From Lama guanicoe (Eukaryota), in contig MU054187.1 of the NCBI GenBank assembly GCA_013239625.1, positions 18,468,711 through 18,532,710 of the forward strand: a DNA stretch of 64,000 nucleotides, given 5' to 3'. Numbering within the stretch: position 1 is the stretch's first letter; each line of letters opens with the position of its first letter. Positions 38,324-50,750 of this stretch are shown here, in pieces. The position numbers and the translations under genes were made by a program. The notes under the pieces are model-generated. The model did no database searches and had not been told where the DNA came from. It worked only from the letters and a program-made list of their open reading frames with translations.

Positions 38324-39910
38324 TTTTTTTAAAGCCTGATGGGCCAGAATATCCATCCGGAAGTTATGCACTTAAAGTCACTTTCAAGTCCACAGAAACA
38401 AGATGTCCTGTCTTATCTATTCCCAGACTCGTAAAGCTTAACTTGAGGTCAGAAAAATGAGTGGCTTCCAGCACACAACTTATATTAGTACCAGTAAAGG
38501 GTACATGATCGTTTCTAAATGTTTTTATATTTTTCTTGCTGCTGTTTTGTTTTAACTGCAGCTGGGAATGGACACAGAAAAAGGGCAGTTCTACTTATCT
38601 GATCTGAAGTCGTAATAGGTAAATAAGTGAATAAATCCCTAGGGCTTGCCCAGGAGAGCATATGTAAGCAGGCTGTCGGATATCAGCTGTTTGATCTGGC
38701 TGGGGGCCTCTTTCATGGCTCCCACTGCTTGCGTCTTCATTTTTAGGTAAATAGTAAAAATATTTCACCTGTCATGTCAAAGTTTAATCTCTGGGACTCG
38801 AGCTAGAAGAAACACAGATGGAATGGCAGGAAATTTTACTGTGCAGACAATGCTTTTATTCATTTTGTTTGAGTGACATTGTTTTGTGTTTATACATGGA
38901 GAAAAGTTTAACAAACCATCATTTACTAAGAGAATGGGGACATGTGAGTGGTTCTTAAACCAAAGAGCAGAGATTATCTCTTTGTGAGGATAGACTTGAT
39001 TAAGAGGCACCCCTTGTCTGCTTTTTGTGTTTTTGAACAGGGAGCCAAATGCTTAGCTTCAATGTAACCATCTTTCCAGCATCCTTGAGGAGAAAGCTGC
39101 CTGTCAACACTTGGGTAAACAGTGCCTACGAGCGATGGAGGGAAAAGCACTCCCAGGCAGGAAAGCAGTGGGCATTGAAAGTCGACCAGACCTGCATGCA
39201 GTTCATAAGGCCCCAGAAAGCCCCTAGGGAGAATGAATTCTGGGCCTTCTCCTCTTCTGCCTCCTCAAACTTCCCAAAACTTTAGACTCAAGAAACTGCC
39301 CTGGCTGCAATGAGTATAGTGAATACTCTAATGTTTGTGCCAACAGAGAAGTAAAAGAGCACAATTAATGTAAATAATGAGACATCATTTTGAGTACCTC
39401 CTCTGTCCCTGCCCTGGAGGCCAGCAAAATGCTAAACATGGAGACACGAACCCATCAACCAGCCTTTTGCTAGAAAATTACCGGGAGACATGAACCAGCC
39501 TTAGCTGGGCCCATGAAACCTGTTCATGCAGCGTGACCTTTTAGAGCTTCTGCTCCACGCCTAAGACAAAGTGGTGACTCAGGAAGCACAGGGTGGCCTG
39601 GAGGGGAGGAGTGGGGGTGGAGAAGACTATGGAATAAAGGACTGGAAGGGAAGCCAGATTATCTGCACCAACCTCATCGCTAAACCTGTCAGCTTCCTAC
39701 CTTGGGGAGCAGAGTTTGTGGAACATCTAAACTTTCTCTGTTGGTAGAGGATTTTGTACAATGATAGACATTGAATGAATTAAATTACATTAAACAAACA
39801 TAGATGAACATTTTCTCTGTGTCTGACTCTGTGTTGGGTACAGAGGGAAGACACGAAGATGAATAAAATATCTTGGTGATATTTACAATTTATTAAGAAA
39901 GTGTAAATAA

Positions 39911-40052
39911 AGGGGAAGGGTATAGCTCACGGGTAGAATGTGTGCTTAGCATGCATGAGGTCCTGGGTTCAATCCCCAGTGCCTCCATAAACAAACAAAC
40001 AAACCTACCTTCCTCATTACCTCCTCCTCCAAGAAAGAAACAAAAAACAATG
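39911..40052 (+). mobile_element. tRNA-derived camelid SINE (vic-1-like) with perfect TSD
   Basis: 'ggggaagggtatagctcac...cttagcatgcatgaggtcctgggttcaatccccagtgcctcc' plus an A-rich tail. 12-bp TSD aagtgtaaataa at 39899-39910 and 40053-40064. Confidence 0.9.
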
Positions 40053-43000
40053 AAGTGTAAATAACTCTCTAAGAAATAAATCCACAGAGTACTAGTACAC
40101 TTCAAAGCAGAAATAATTAATCCAAGTATCCTTCCATCCACTTATTGACTTAGATACTTCAGGCCTGGGAAATTGTATCAGGTTGTTCCTAAAACTGATT
40201 TTTAAAATAGTCAATTATTTTCTTATTTGTTTTCTCTTTTTTCTAAAACTTTTCATTTCCGTGATAGATTGATAAAAACTTTCAGTATCTAAAACAGAGC
40301 TGTGGGGAGCTCCAGTTTTGCAATCGATCAGTGCGTGGGATTTACATAAAACAGTATCTAAAACAGAGCTGTGTGCTTCTGGATGTAATGGATTCACAGA
40401 CTTCAAAATAGAAAACATATCACAAAACTTACGCACATTTCTACAATTCCGCAAAATTGTTCTCAACTCTCTTGCAGACTATTGGAAAACAAGCTTGTAA
40501 GTTAGAAACAGAAAAGCATGCTGTCAAACAGGAAAAGTGACAGCCGACAGCAGAGAAAGGAGGTGGGGAAAATGTTTAAAACAGACAGAAGACCTGGAGG
40601 ATAGTTACTGAGAGTCATTCAGTGTATAACCAAAAAGCCCCTTCAGTTAGATTAAGAGCAGCATGGGGCTAGAAGAAGCAGGTATACTGACAAAGCAAAA
40701 AGTATCAGCTGACAGCGAGGGGCAGAGGGTGGTAGGGAACAAGCTAGAAAGCTTCAGGGGGCGCAGTGGTCCTGGGACACTCAGAAGGATCTACCCTCCT
40801 TACTAATCCCTGGCAAATGGCATCCTTATGAAATTGTTTTCCATAATGGTGGCCTTGAGTCATCAAGGAAAACTTTAAATCCTGTCTAGTATTCTCTATT
40901 TTAAAAAGCAGGAAATGTTGGGGGGGGCAGGCGACTGAGTAATTCCATTCTGTAGTTTTATAGGCAAGATTTGGTTGTGCAGACATTTCCATTTTCCCTA
41001 GCGACTGACATCTCTCCAATTAATCAAGAGTTTACCACATACCACGGGCTTTGATCAATCCAATTTTAAAATAGTCTTCTCTAATAAAGATCAACCATGT
41101 TAACATAGCATTAGAAATGGTTGGTCAGAAAAATAGCAGACTAGGTTTTCCATTTATCCCTACAATTATTTTTAAGTACTAAATCTGGCTTAAATTGGGG
41201 AAAGCATTTTGCGTAGAATGTGTATTGATGGAGAGATGCCAGGGAGAAAGTTGAGAGCAGTAGAAACAGCAGGAAGAATATGTGGTATGTGTCTTGGCCC
41301 CTTTGCTAATGCCAGTACGAAATGACCGCACAGAGATGTGGCGGTGGAAAGTGAGGGCAGGACACCGCAAGTGAGGCCATGGCGTTTGGGGGATGTGAGG
41401 ACATGACCCACACCTCTGTATGTCTCTCTGCAATAGATGTGAAGATTACAGTATTTTATCCCAATATGAAACTCCTGTCCAGGCCCTAGGGAAGGGCCAT
41501 ACTTCTGTAGTCAGTCCTTGTCGTTCATCTGGAGGAAGATGGCTTTGCAGCAGGAAATCAACCTGACAAACAGGCCCATACACAGGGGAGAGAGAAAGCC
41601 TCACTTTCTCTGGGCCACACTTTCCGGGTCCTGACCTGGCACTGTCTAAGCATGCTTGAGGGTGCTGTTTGAAGGAATGCTCAGATGAAAGCAGGAGCTG
41701 GGCTCTGTCTTGGGACAGGAAGGCAGGAACTTAAGCTATACATGACCGAGGGTCCGAGAAGGCTGAGCAAGCTTTATCGAATTAGCTTAAGTTCTTTGTC
41801 ATAGGTGAGTTCTCAGTCTGCTTCCCTGAATAACCATGCAAACTTTGCAGAGTCTTCCCCGCACATTACAGCCGCTTCTCAAGTGGTCACCCAGTCCACA
41901 CGGTAAACAGCCATGATGGATGACTTCCTGGCCTAAGAGAATTATTTAGAAGATAGCCACTGTAATGCTAATTCACCTCACATGAGTAAGACTTCAATTT
42001 GTGGTTGACCAGAGGATCCAACTTTATCATCACTCTCATTCTTGCTCTTTGTGGAATAATGTCTTTTCTGGTTTTTTCTAGTTCTTGCTCCACACCTATC
42101 AAGTAACTTTTAAGTTAGTCTGTGTGGAGGCTGATTATAATATCCACTTGGTAGATTTTCCAGTACTTTTTCTGATCCATTAGTCATTTTAAATTTTGTT
42201 GACACCTGCACCAGAGGATAAGTGGGAAGGGAAAGGTGTTAGCAAAGATAGAAATGACTAATGGACCAGAATTTTTTTAAAAAAACAACAAAATTACAGG
42301 CAGGAGATTACCTTAAATTGTCATCTGTTTTGTGGTTCTATTTTGGAAATTTACTAGTGTATTGGTCAACACTAAATATATCTAAAAGACAGTTATCCAG
42401 CAACATAACTCAGATGTACCATTATTTCCCACCAATAAGCTTGCAGCGTTTACCCACAATCCTTGTCTCAGCTGCCTGTCTGAGTGGAATTCCCACTCTT
42501 TTGGTATGGTTTTGGGAGTTGGGACATCATTTTTATCTACTGGCTTCTGTGGTATTTACTGCATCTAAAATGAAAGATTCTGCATTTAAATGTTGCCTGG
42601 AAAAAAAACACAGTATCTTGCCTTCTTTTATTCATTTGAAGTAATTATTGCTATCACAGTCTCATGTGCATTTTTCCCAAACCATAATGATTTGAGACTT
42701 ATAGAGTACAGTAAAAAAAAAAAAGTTGGATTGCTTTTGCAAGCAGGCAATTTTGTGAAGCAAATGGTAGTAATCTGAGCCACTTTTTGGTTTCTAAAGA
42801 TTTCATCTGTCCACAGGATGATTTCAGGGTTCCATACAATTCCTTACCTGGAGGCTAAGAGCCTATGTTTAAAACCCTGTTTTCCATTTCCCACACATAG
42901 AATGCAGGTGTGAGAATGTAAAATTGCACACATTCATTCACAGAGTTTCTGACATCCTTTGGCTTAGAACATCTCTGGGTTCTTTGTAATTAGTTTAAAA

Positions 43001-43319
43001 GAAACATGGCAGGGGGGCAGTTATAGTCTTTTCAAATAAACTACAAGTTTCCCTTAGGAATTTATACTAAAATGTGTATTTATTTTTAAAAACCCAATGA
43101 TATGAATATAAGAAATGCAATACTAGGTCAGCCCGATGGTCTAACCAGCCTGTGGTTTGCAAGTCTCGTAGTGCTCCATTAATGGTGGCCTCAGAAGCTT
43201 TGGGATTTATTTCAAACTCCCTAGTTTCCTTTATTACTCAAATCTGGATTTGGCATTCATAGATTCATCTAAATCTTTCCTGAACTTACTTACAGCTTTA
43301 ACTTATATCAATTATATAA

Positions 43320-44652
43320 ACAATGAGTTCTCCAGTAGCAAGGGTTCTACACCTTATCCACTGTGAGAACTAGCAGGCTTCTACTACAGGGAAGTGAAGA
43401 ATTGAGATGAATAATCCAGTCATCACAGTTGTCCTCTTGGTTACAACTATTCACATCCCACTCACGTTCAAAACTCACTTAACTCCCATCCTATGACCGC
43501 CCCATCCAATTATGGTATCTGTCAAAAGTCCATTATGATCTCTATCAGGTCCAGACCTGGCTACTCTCAATCCAGTGAACTATAAACCAAATAGAAAATT
43601 ATCTGCCTTCCACAAACCTGAGGTACACAGCATTTTTATATCTTGAAATGTTCCAGTCTCTTTTAGTCTAGACTGGAAGCACTTTTGTTACAATGTGTGT
43701 CCCCCAAACTTTCTGGCCTTTCTACTTATTTGATTCCAATTAACTTCATATGCCAAAAGGGACATCCACAATTTTCTTTTTTTAAGATAAGCCTTTATTT
43801 TTCTCAACTTAATTACCTCACTTCGCACACATTCACGCTTCTGTAACGCTTTGCCCTTAAGATTTCTGACAGCTCTTCTGTCCATCTGAAAGAATCTACA
43901 AGATACCTTTTAGTTCTTTCAAAATATTATAACTACATTCTAGGTTTGGTCTTTACCTGGAGGTCATGTCAACACCATGGATTTCACTTTTGCTTGAGCT
44001 GTGTTTTAATGCCTATATCATTGGTTTGATAAAATTATTCCTGAATTCATCTATTTCTTGTAGCATCTTATTAAATGCAGCTTATGCTTTCGACATTCTG
44101 CCTCAATTTTTTTTTGCCCAAATGTCTCTGTTAATTAGGTACCTTTTCTATCCTCTAAGTTATCTCAGGTGACAGTTTTACCAAATGTCTTTCTACTAAA
44201 CACAGACTGCTATTTTTCTAGCCCCCTATAACAATTTTCTGTTGCCTACCACCCGATCCCAGGACCAATGCTGCTTCTAGGTACTAATTTCTGTATCAGT
44301 TAGCTATTGCTGCTTAACAAATAGCCACAAAAATCTCAGTGGTTTATAATAATAAGCTTCCATTTCACTCCCTGATCTACAAGTCTGAGATGGTTCTGTC
44401 AGGTTGCAGTTCCCTTAGACCTGGCTCTACTCTGAGGGTCTCTGCCACAGAGCAAGGCCAAACTCAGAAGCACGTTTCAGTCTCTGTTCACTGCCAGTAA
44501 AACCCCATTGGCTAAAGCCAGTCACATGCCCAAGTCCAAAGTCAAGGGGCAGGAGAGTATACTTCATTGTCATAAGGTCACGTTGAGGGTATGAATTTAC
44601 AATATTATTACACTGAAGGGAAGAATTGAGATCAATAATTCAATATTTCACA
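43320..44652 (-). mobile_element. Degraded MaLR (MLT1) provirus: partial LTR, internal region, LTR
   Basis: LTR at 44292-44652, preceded by a typical LTR/internal junction 'ctaggtactaatttc|tgtatcagttagctattgctg'. A second, similar LTR end lies at ~43380-43427. Confidence 0.65.
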
Positions 44653-45009
44653 CTAAGTAAAATTTTATTTGAGTAAGGGTTTCTATGCCTACAAATATTT
44701 TAAATTCCTAGCCTAGATGATTTCTAAAGTCTCTTACTTGTTTGAAATGCCATGGAAATAGAAAGAACATTTGCATGGAAAAGGGCAAATCAGCAAATAT
44801 AGAAAGAGGCCAGTTTTTTTTGGCAAAGCACTGGGGGTGGTTTTGGACTTCATCAAACACCTGAAAAAAGTGCAAGAAAGGAGTTTATGAAGATGCTGCA
44901 CAATTAACCAGCTTATCCAGAATCAGCCCACGACTTCTTATGGGATAGCATATTTTCCTTGCATGCCGTGAGTTGTTCAGGTCACACAGACTCATTCAAT
45001 TGTAAGTTC

Positions 45010-45515
45010 AAAAATATACTCTAGCACAACAGTGTTCACAGCACTACTATTCACAGTAGCCAAAAGATGGAAACAACTCAATGTCCATTGACAGATGAAT
45101 AGACGAACAAATGTGATATATACATACAATGATTGTTCAGTCTTACAAAGGAATGGAATTCTGACACATGCTACAACATGGAAGAACTTTGAAAACATTT
45201 ATACTAAGTGGAATAAGCCAGACACAAAAGGATTAATATTGCACGACTCCACTTAGATGAGGAATCTAGAGTAGTCAAATTCATAGCGACAGAAAGTAGA
45301 ATGGTGGTTATGGTGGATGGGGACAAAGAAATAGGGAATTATTGCTTAATGGATACAGAATTTCTGTTTGAGATGGTGAAAAAGCTCTGGTGATCAATAG
45401 TGGTGATGGTTGTACAACAATGAGAATGTACTTAAAGCCACTGAATTGCACACTAAAAAAATGGTTAAAATGGTAAATCTTACATTATATATATTTTACC
45501 ACAATTAAAAAAAAG
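45010..45515 (+). mobile_element. L1MB-like 3' end
   Basis: 'gtgttcacagcactactattcacagtagccaaaag...gtggtgatggttgtacaaca...ttttaccacaattaaaaaaa'. Confidence 0.85.
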
Positions 45516-45693
45516 ATTTGCTTCATAGAAAAAAAATATATATTCTAAAGCTAGATACAAATAATTAGGGCAATCTACCCGACCGTACCCCTATACATAA
45601 TGGGTAACTAAAGAGTTGACCATAATTAAATCTTAGGCTAAAGAAAAATGAGATTGAGAAGCGCTGAGAAACTCTTATGACACATCTATAGTC

Positions 45694-45734
45694 CAGATGA
45701 GACTGGGCATGTTCAGGGTGGTATGGCCATAGAC
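45694..45734 (-). pseudogene. 3'-truncated 5S rRNA retropseudogene (nt 1-41)
   Basis: The minus strand reads gtctatggccataccaccctgaacatgcccagtctcatctg, 35/41 identical to mammalian 5S nt 1-41, flanked by a 12-bp TSD. Confidence 0.9.
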
Positions 45735-45929
45735 TCACATCCATAGTTCAAATAAAATTAGATACCTACAAAAATATGATAAACCTGTTATGACTGAAAA
45801 TTCACTTATTTCAAGTTTATATTCTTGCTCAGAAAACCAAAAGACAGATCAGAACAGCAGTTTTTATGTCACCACTTGTGTCTTTGGGAAGTGTGGTAGG
45901 CATGGAAACACAATGTTCAGATCTCCCTC

Positions 45930-46095
45930 AAGAAGAGGGAGGCAGGAGGGACCTTTGGGTGGTGATAGATGTGTCTGTGCCTTGATGGTGATGGTTTCAT
46001 GGTTGTTTACTTCTCAAACTCCTTGAACTGCATCTGTTAAGTGTGTACAGCTTTTTACATGTCAATCATACTTCAATAAAGTGGTTTTAAAAAGA
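45930..46095 (+). mobile_element. L1MC/L1MD-like 3' tip
   Basis: 'ggtgatggtttcatggttgt...gtgtgtacagctttttacatgtcaatcatacttcaataaagtggttttaaaaa'. Confidence 0.65.
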
Positions 46096-47039
46096 GCAAG
46101 AGTCTATTTGTGGAGCACAGCTCATAGACAGCCTCTAGCTACTGTACCTTCAGAATCCACCAACAGTGTCCACGCTGAGGTGACAACCTGGGCATCTCTG
46201 ATGATGGAGCTTGGTGGAGTACCAGGGATGGGCCATGCCTGCTTAATATGGGACTCTTCGAATGGGTAATCTTTGTTCTGGGGTGCTTGACCTACATAAT
46301 TTTGAAGTATGGTAAAATGTTTATGATTTGCAAGTTTTTCTCTTACATCCAGTCCTGTCCCATTAACTCGACTCATGCATCCAACTGACTGCAGAACATC
46401 TCGACATAGGTGGCTAATAGGCATCTCGAATTTAACATGTCCAAAACTGAGCTCTTGATAGTCCCCTCCAACCTGCTCTTCCCTTTCCAGTTAAAGGCAA
46501 TTCAATTCTTCTAGTTGCACAGGCCAAAAGCCTGGGAGTCATGCCTCACTCCCCTCTTCATCACACACTCCACATCCAACACGTTAGGAGACGCTACTGC
46601 CTCTACTTTCACAGTATGCCCAGATTGCACCCACTTGCCACCACCTCCACTGCTACGACGCTGCTCCAAGCTGCCATCACCTCCCCCCTGGACTGCTGCC
46701 AGTCTCCTACAAGTCTTGCTGCTGCTGCCCTGCTCAGCTAGTAAGGGATCCAGCTAAACTGTCAGTCAGATTCTCTCTCTCTTCTGCTTAGGATCCTGCA
46801 AAGACCTCCACCCCAACCAGTGGAAATAAATGCCAAAATTCATACTAGGACTTTCAAGGCCTCCCAACTTCTTCAGGCTCACCCCCTCTTCCTCTTATGC
46901 TCAGCTTCATGGCTTCCTCCCATTTCCTTAAACGGGACAGGCACAATCCTGTTCTTCATCCCAGCCACTCCCTCTGTTAGAATACTCTTTTCCAGGGACT
47001 CACGTGATTAGCTCCTTCAGATATTATTCAACAGTGAAT

Positions 47040-47180
47040 TCTGGTAACTCTGTATGGTGATGGATGTTAACTAGACTTATTGTCATGATCATTTTGCAAT
47101 ATATATAAATATCGAGTCATTATGGTATATACCTGAAACTAATATAATGTGTAAATTATACTTCAATTTTTTTTTAAAAA
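47040..47180 (+). mobile_element. L1 3' tip
   Basis: 'gtaactctgtatggtgatggatgttaactagacttattg...cctgaaactaatataatg...tatacttcaatttttttttaaaaaa'. Confidence 0.75.
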
Positions 47181-47338
47181 AAGCTCTTAAAAAGCTTTTT
47201 CTAAATACTGTATTAGTGAAAAAAACAAAATCTTTTACATAAAAAAAGTAAATCCTTCTGAGATCTTCCATTGACAGTACAACCTAAATTACAGTCTGTC
47301 ACTCTGGTATCTCATAACCCCATTCCTTGCTTTATTTT

Positions 47339-48304
47339 TTTATGAGATACAACTGACATACATCAGTGTCAGATATACAATATAATGATTTGATATTCGT
47401 ATATATTGAGAAGTGATCACCACAATAAGTCAACATCCACCACTATACACAGTTGTGTATTTTTTTCCTTGTAATAACTTTTAAGATCTACTCTCTTAGC
47501 AACTTTCAAATACACAATACAGGATTACTAACTATAGTCACCATGCTATACATTACATCCCCATGACTTATTTATCTTATGGCTGGAGGTTGTACTTTTT
47601 AACCCCCTCCACCAAGTTTGCCCACTCAGCCTACCCCCAACCTCTGCCCTGCAACCACCAACCTGTTCCCAGTATCCATGAGTTCTTTTTCTTAGATTCC
47701 ATATTTAAGTGAGATCACATGGTATTTATCTTTCTCTGTCTTATTTCACATTGCACAATGCCTTCAAGGTCTATCCATGTCAAAAATGGCAAGATTTCCT
47801 TATTTTTATGGGTAAATAATATTCCATTAAATATGTGTACGTGTGTGTGTGTATGGGTATGTGTGTATATATATTTGTCCATTCATCTGTTGATGGACAC
47901 TTAGGTTGCTCCCATATCTTGGCTATTATAAATAATGCTGCAATGAACATGGGGTTACATATATTTTTTTGAGTTAATGTTTTCATTTTCTTTGGATATG
48001 TCCATAAGAATTGCTGGATCACGTGGAAGTTCTATTTTTAATTTTTGAGGAAGCTCCATACTGTTTTCCATAGTGGCTACACTAACAGACATTCCCACCA
48101 ACAGTGCATTACAGTTCCCTTTTAAAAATTCCACATCCTCACCAACACTTGTTATTTCCTGTCTTTTTTTATAACAGCCATTCTAGCAGGTGTGAGGTGA
48201 TATTGTGGTTTTGACACATCACTCTGATGTTGAGCGCCTTTTCGTATACCTCTTGGCCATCTGTATGCCTTCTTTGGAAAACTGTCTATTCAGATCCTCT
48301 GCCC
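47339..48304 (-). mobile_element. L1 (L1MA-like), antisense, inserted in the L2
   Basis: Antisense ORF2 end (CNPMFIAALFIIAKIWEQPKCPSTDEW) and 3' UTR. Degenerate TSD ttccttgctttatttt / ttcctgctctatttt. Confidence 0.85.
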
Positions 48305-48599
48305 TTCCTGCTCTATTTTTGTCCTTAGCACGTATCACTGTTGAACATACTATATATTTTACTTATTTATTTTCTATTTCCCCCAGGCCAAAGGTAAGCT
48401 CCACCAGGCAAACAATTTTGTCTAATTTGTTTACTGCTACTTCTTCGGTATTTAAAACAGTACCATGCACATAGAGAGCACTTCAAACGTATTTATTGAA
48501 AGAAGTTCTCAGTACAGTTTACACTAACCCAACCAAAGGAAAGAATGAATATAAAAACACGGGGAGGGGAGATACAGCTAAAGAAAACTAACAACTAAG

Positions 48600-48725
48600 A
48601 GCTATAATTACAGCTTTCATTTAGTATGTCTTCTTTCAAACATTTATCCATAATTTGTCTAATTGCATTCTTGACGAATATCTGGATTCAACAAAAAAAG
48701 AGTGAACACACCAAACGAAATTCAC
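48600..48725 (-). other. MRPS28: Probable MRPS28 3' UTR (~125 nt)
   Basis: Follows the TAA stop. Contains variant poly(A) hexamers GATAAA (48643-48648) and ACTAAA (48620-48625), followed by a U/GU-rich tract at 48579-48600. The end position is inferred. Confidence 0.6.
48620..48648 (-). terminator. MRPS28: Candidate non-canonical polyadenylation signals (ACTAAA, GATAAA)
   Basis: Single-mismatch PAS variants upstream of the minus-strand tract tcttagttgttagttttcttt. Confidence 0.5.
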
Positions 48726-48894
48726 TTATTTTTCACCATGTTCCTCTTTTGGTTTTGAGTCTTTACTCTCTTGCAGTCCTAAAAGAACTGCATCAGCCTC
48801 TAGGATTGTTGTATCTGTTGTCGCTCCCAGGAACCTAGATGTAAGTTCAAGATCTAATAGCCGCAGCCGGACTCTGGTTCCTATCTGGTATTTC
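48726..48894 (-). CDS. MRPS28: Terminal coding exon of mitochondrial ribosomal protein S28 (bS1m)
   Basis: Acceptor ttttttcttactgtttag|G, phase 2, then [55 protein letters not shown]. This closely matches the human MRPS28 C-terminus as I recall it ([55 protein letters not shown]). 169 nt = 1 nt + 56 codons. Confidence 0.97.
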
Positions 48895-50544
48895 CTAAAC
48901 AGTAAGAAAAAAATACCATTAATTCTGCATATCATAAAATAAACAACTGGTTTCAAGTAAAATCCAAATTCTAATCTTAATTTGTGTTGGTTCAAGGTTA
49001 AGAAATTAACATTAATATCTGAGAAATTGTTGGTTTTGACAGAAAAGTAATTTAGTTGTATCAGAATTTTCATCTTAAAATTGCCTTTAAAGATTTTATA
49101 ACCAGAAGTGTATTCCAAACTGAAATTCAAACAAGTCGGTTCTTGAAACTGACATTTGTTTTAATGTCATTCATTTTTAAAGTCAAAGAATATCAAGGGG
49201 AAAAAAATGTTTTCAGAAACATTTTGTCTTCTAAAATTAAAATCTTTTTCAAGTAAACGAAATTTTACAAAACAAAAATGGAAAAAAGCCTAAGTGCAAA
49301 CTACTTCATATTGGGGATTGACTGCACTGTAATTAAAGTGTAATGATGGCCATAACAGGCATGATGGCTAAATCTGGTCAATAAAATAGTCAAGTATCTT
49401 ACTATATCAAATGAAAACTGATACTCTTTCGTCTTTCTTCCTGATTAATTATTTTAAGGGTTTAACATCAACATTATGAAAAGGTTCAGGAGACTGCAAA
49501 TATAGCTACTGAATGAAAACAACAATTCTTTACAAATCTAAATATTTACCTCAAGTACTCTAATTTTAAAATTAAAATAATTTTATATCAACAGAAAATG
49601 AAGAAACAAAGTTCTCCCCAAAGTCACTGGAAAATGATTTTGGTAGACCATATAACGAAGAGTGTTCACATAATGTTTGATTAGGTATTCTGGAGGAATT
49701 CATAAGTGGTCCATCAAGTAAACAGTTAGGCTATTTGGCTTTTTATTTTAAGCTATTTTTCTTTCTCATTACAGAAGTAAATGCCCCTTTGTAAAATAAG
49801 GAAAATCACGATGTCAGTCACATTTCCTAGTCCTTCTGTATGTATTTATATATACATATATGGGTGTGTGTATGTGACAGCATAGATCATACTTTGCTTA
49901 GAAAAATTAAAGGGATCTCCTAGAATATTAATTAAGGAGCAGCTTTATATTCTTAGAAAACAGCAATTATAGAATATATTCCATATGAATTAACCACTGG
50001 GAAAATACAGTTGGTTCCCAGGCAAGGTGAAGCTGAACACTACCTCCTATATTACTTGGAGCTGTAACCTGTGTTCTGATGGACTCTCTCAGTTGTCCTC
50101 ACAGCCCTACCTGAGTGATTCATTTCATCTGCTTTGATTCATGTTGCCTCCCCTTTCCAAGTTTCTCTGCTGCAACATCCAATTAGTTATTAAGTTCTGT
50201 TCATTTTTTAACACGGATATTTCTTGAGCTTAGCCTTTCAAGTCTCATCAGCCTTAGCTAAAGCCTGAGGTATGACATGATCCTCCCAGAGCCTACCTTT
50301 CCAGTCCATCTCTCACGATGGGTTCCTTATCTGTCCTGCTGAAGTGGAAATGGCCTCATGTCCATTCCCGCACACTTCTACTCCACTGCACCTCTGTTTC
50401 TGTTGCAAGCACTGCTTGAACTTTCCTTCTAAATAAATCCTGTTGCCCCCGTGAGTATCCAGGTAGAATGCACCCAACGCGGACCCTGAGGGCCTCCGCA
50501 CTCCCTTGATCAGAATGCAGACGCCCTCATTGGAATTCCCAAGG

Positions 50545-50750
50545 AAGACACAGGTTTCGAGGTCACAGATAGGGATGCAAATCTGAGTCCTGTTGAGTAC
50601 TACTTAGGTGACCTTGGGTAACTTGCTTTCTCTGAACAATTTCCTCATCTATATAACAGATTTTTAACTACTTCGCAGGTTGTTGGAAAGGTTAAATGGG
50701 GTAACATTGAAAACACAGAGCACGGGAAGTGTCATGTCAGTGCCCTTCAC
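50545..50750 (+). mobile_element. MIR SINE
   Basis: 'gtgaccttgggtaacttgctttctctgaacaatttcctcatctatataacag'. Confidence 0.65.

Larger units (their letters stand above)
46360..48505 (+). mobile_element. L2 LINE fragment interrupted by two L1 pieces
   Basis: 'ggctaataggcatctcgaatttaacatgtccaaaactgagctc...ctagttgcacaggccaaaagcctgggagtca'. The L2 3' end 'gcacatagagagcacttcaaacgtatttattgaa' is at ~48465-48500. Confidence 0.75.

Noticed and set aside
48895..49130. N-terminal part of the 134-aa ORF 48726..49130
   Set aside because: It lies upstream of the AG acceptor in AT-rich intron. Only the last 55 residues match MRPS28.
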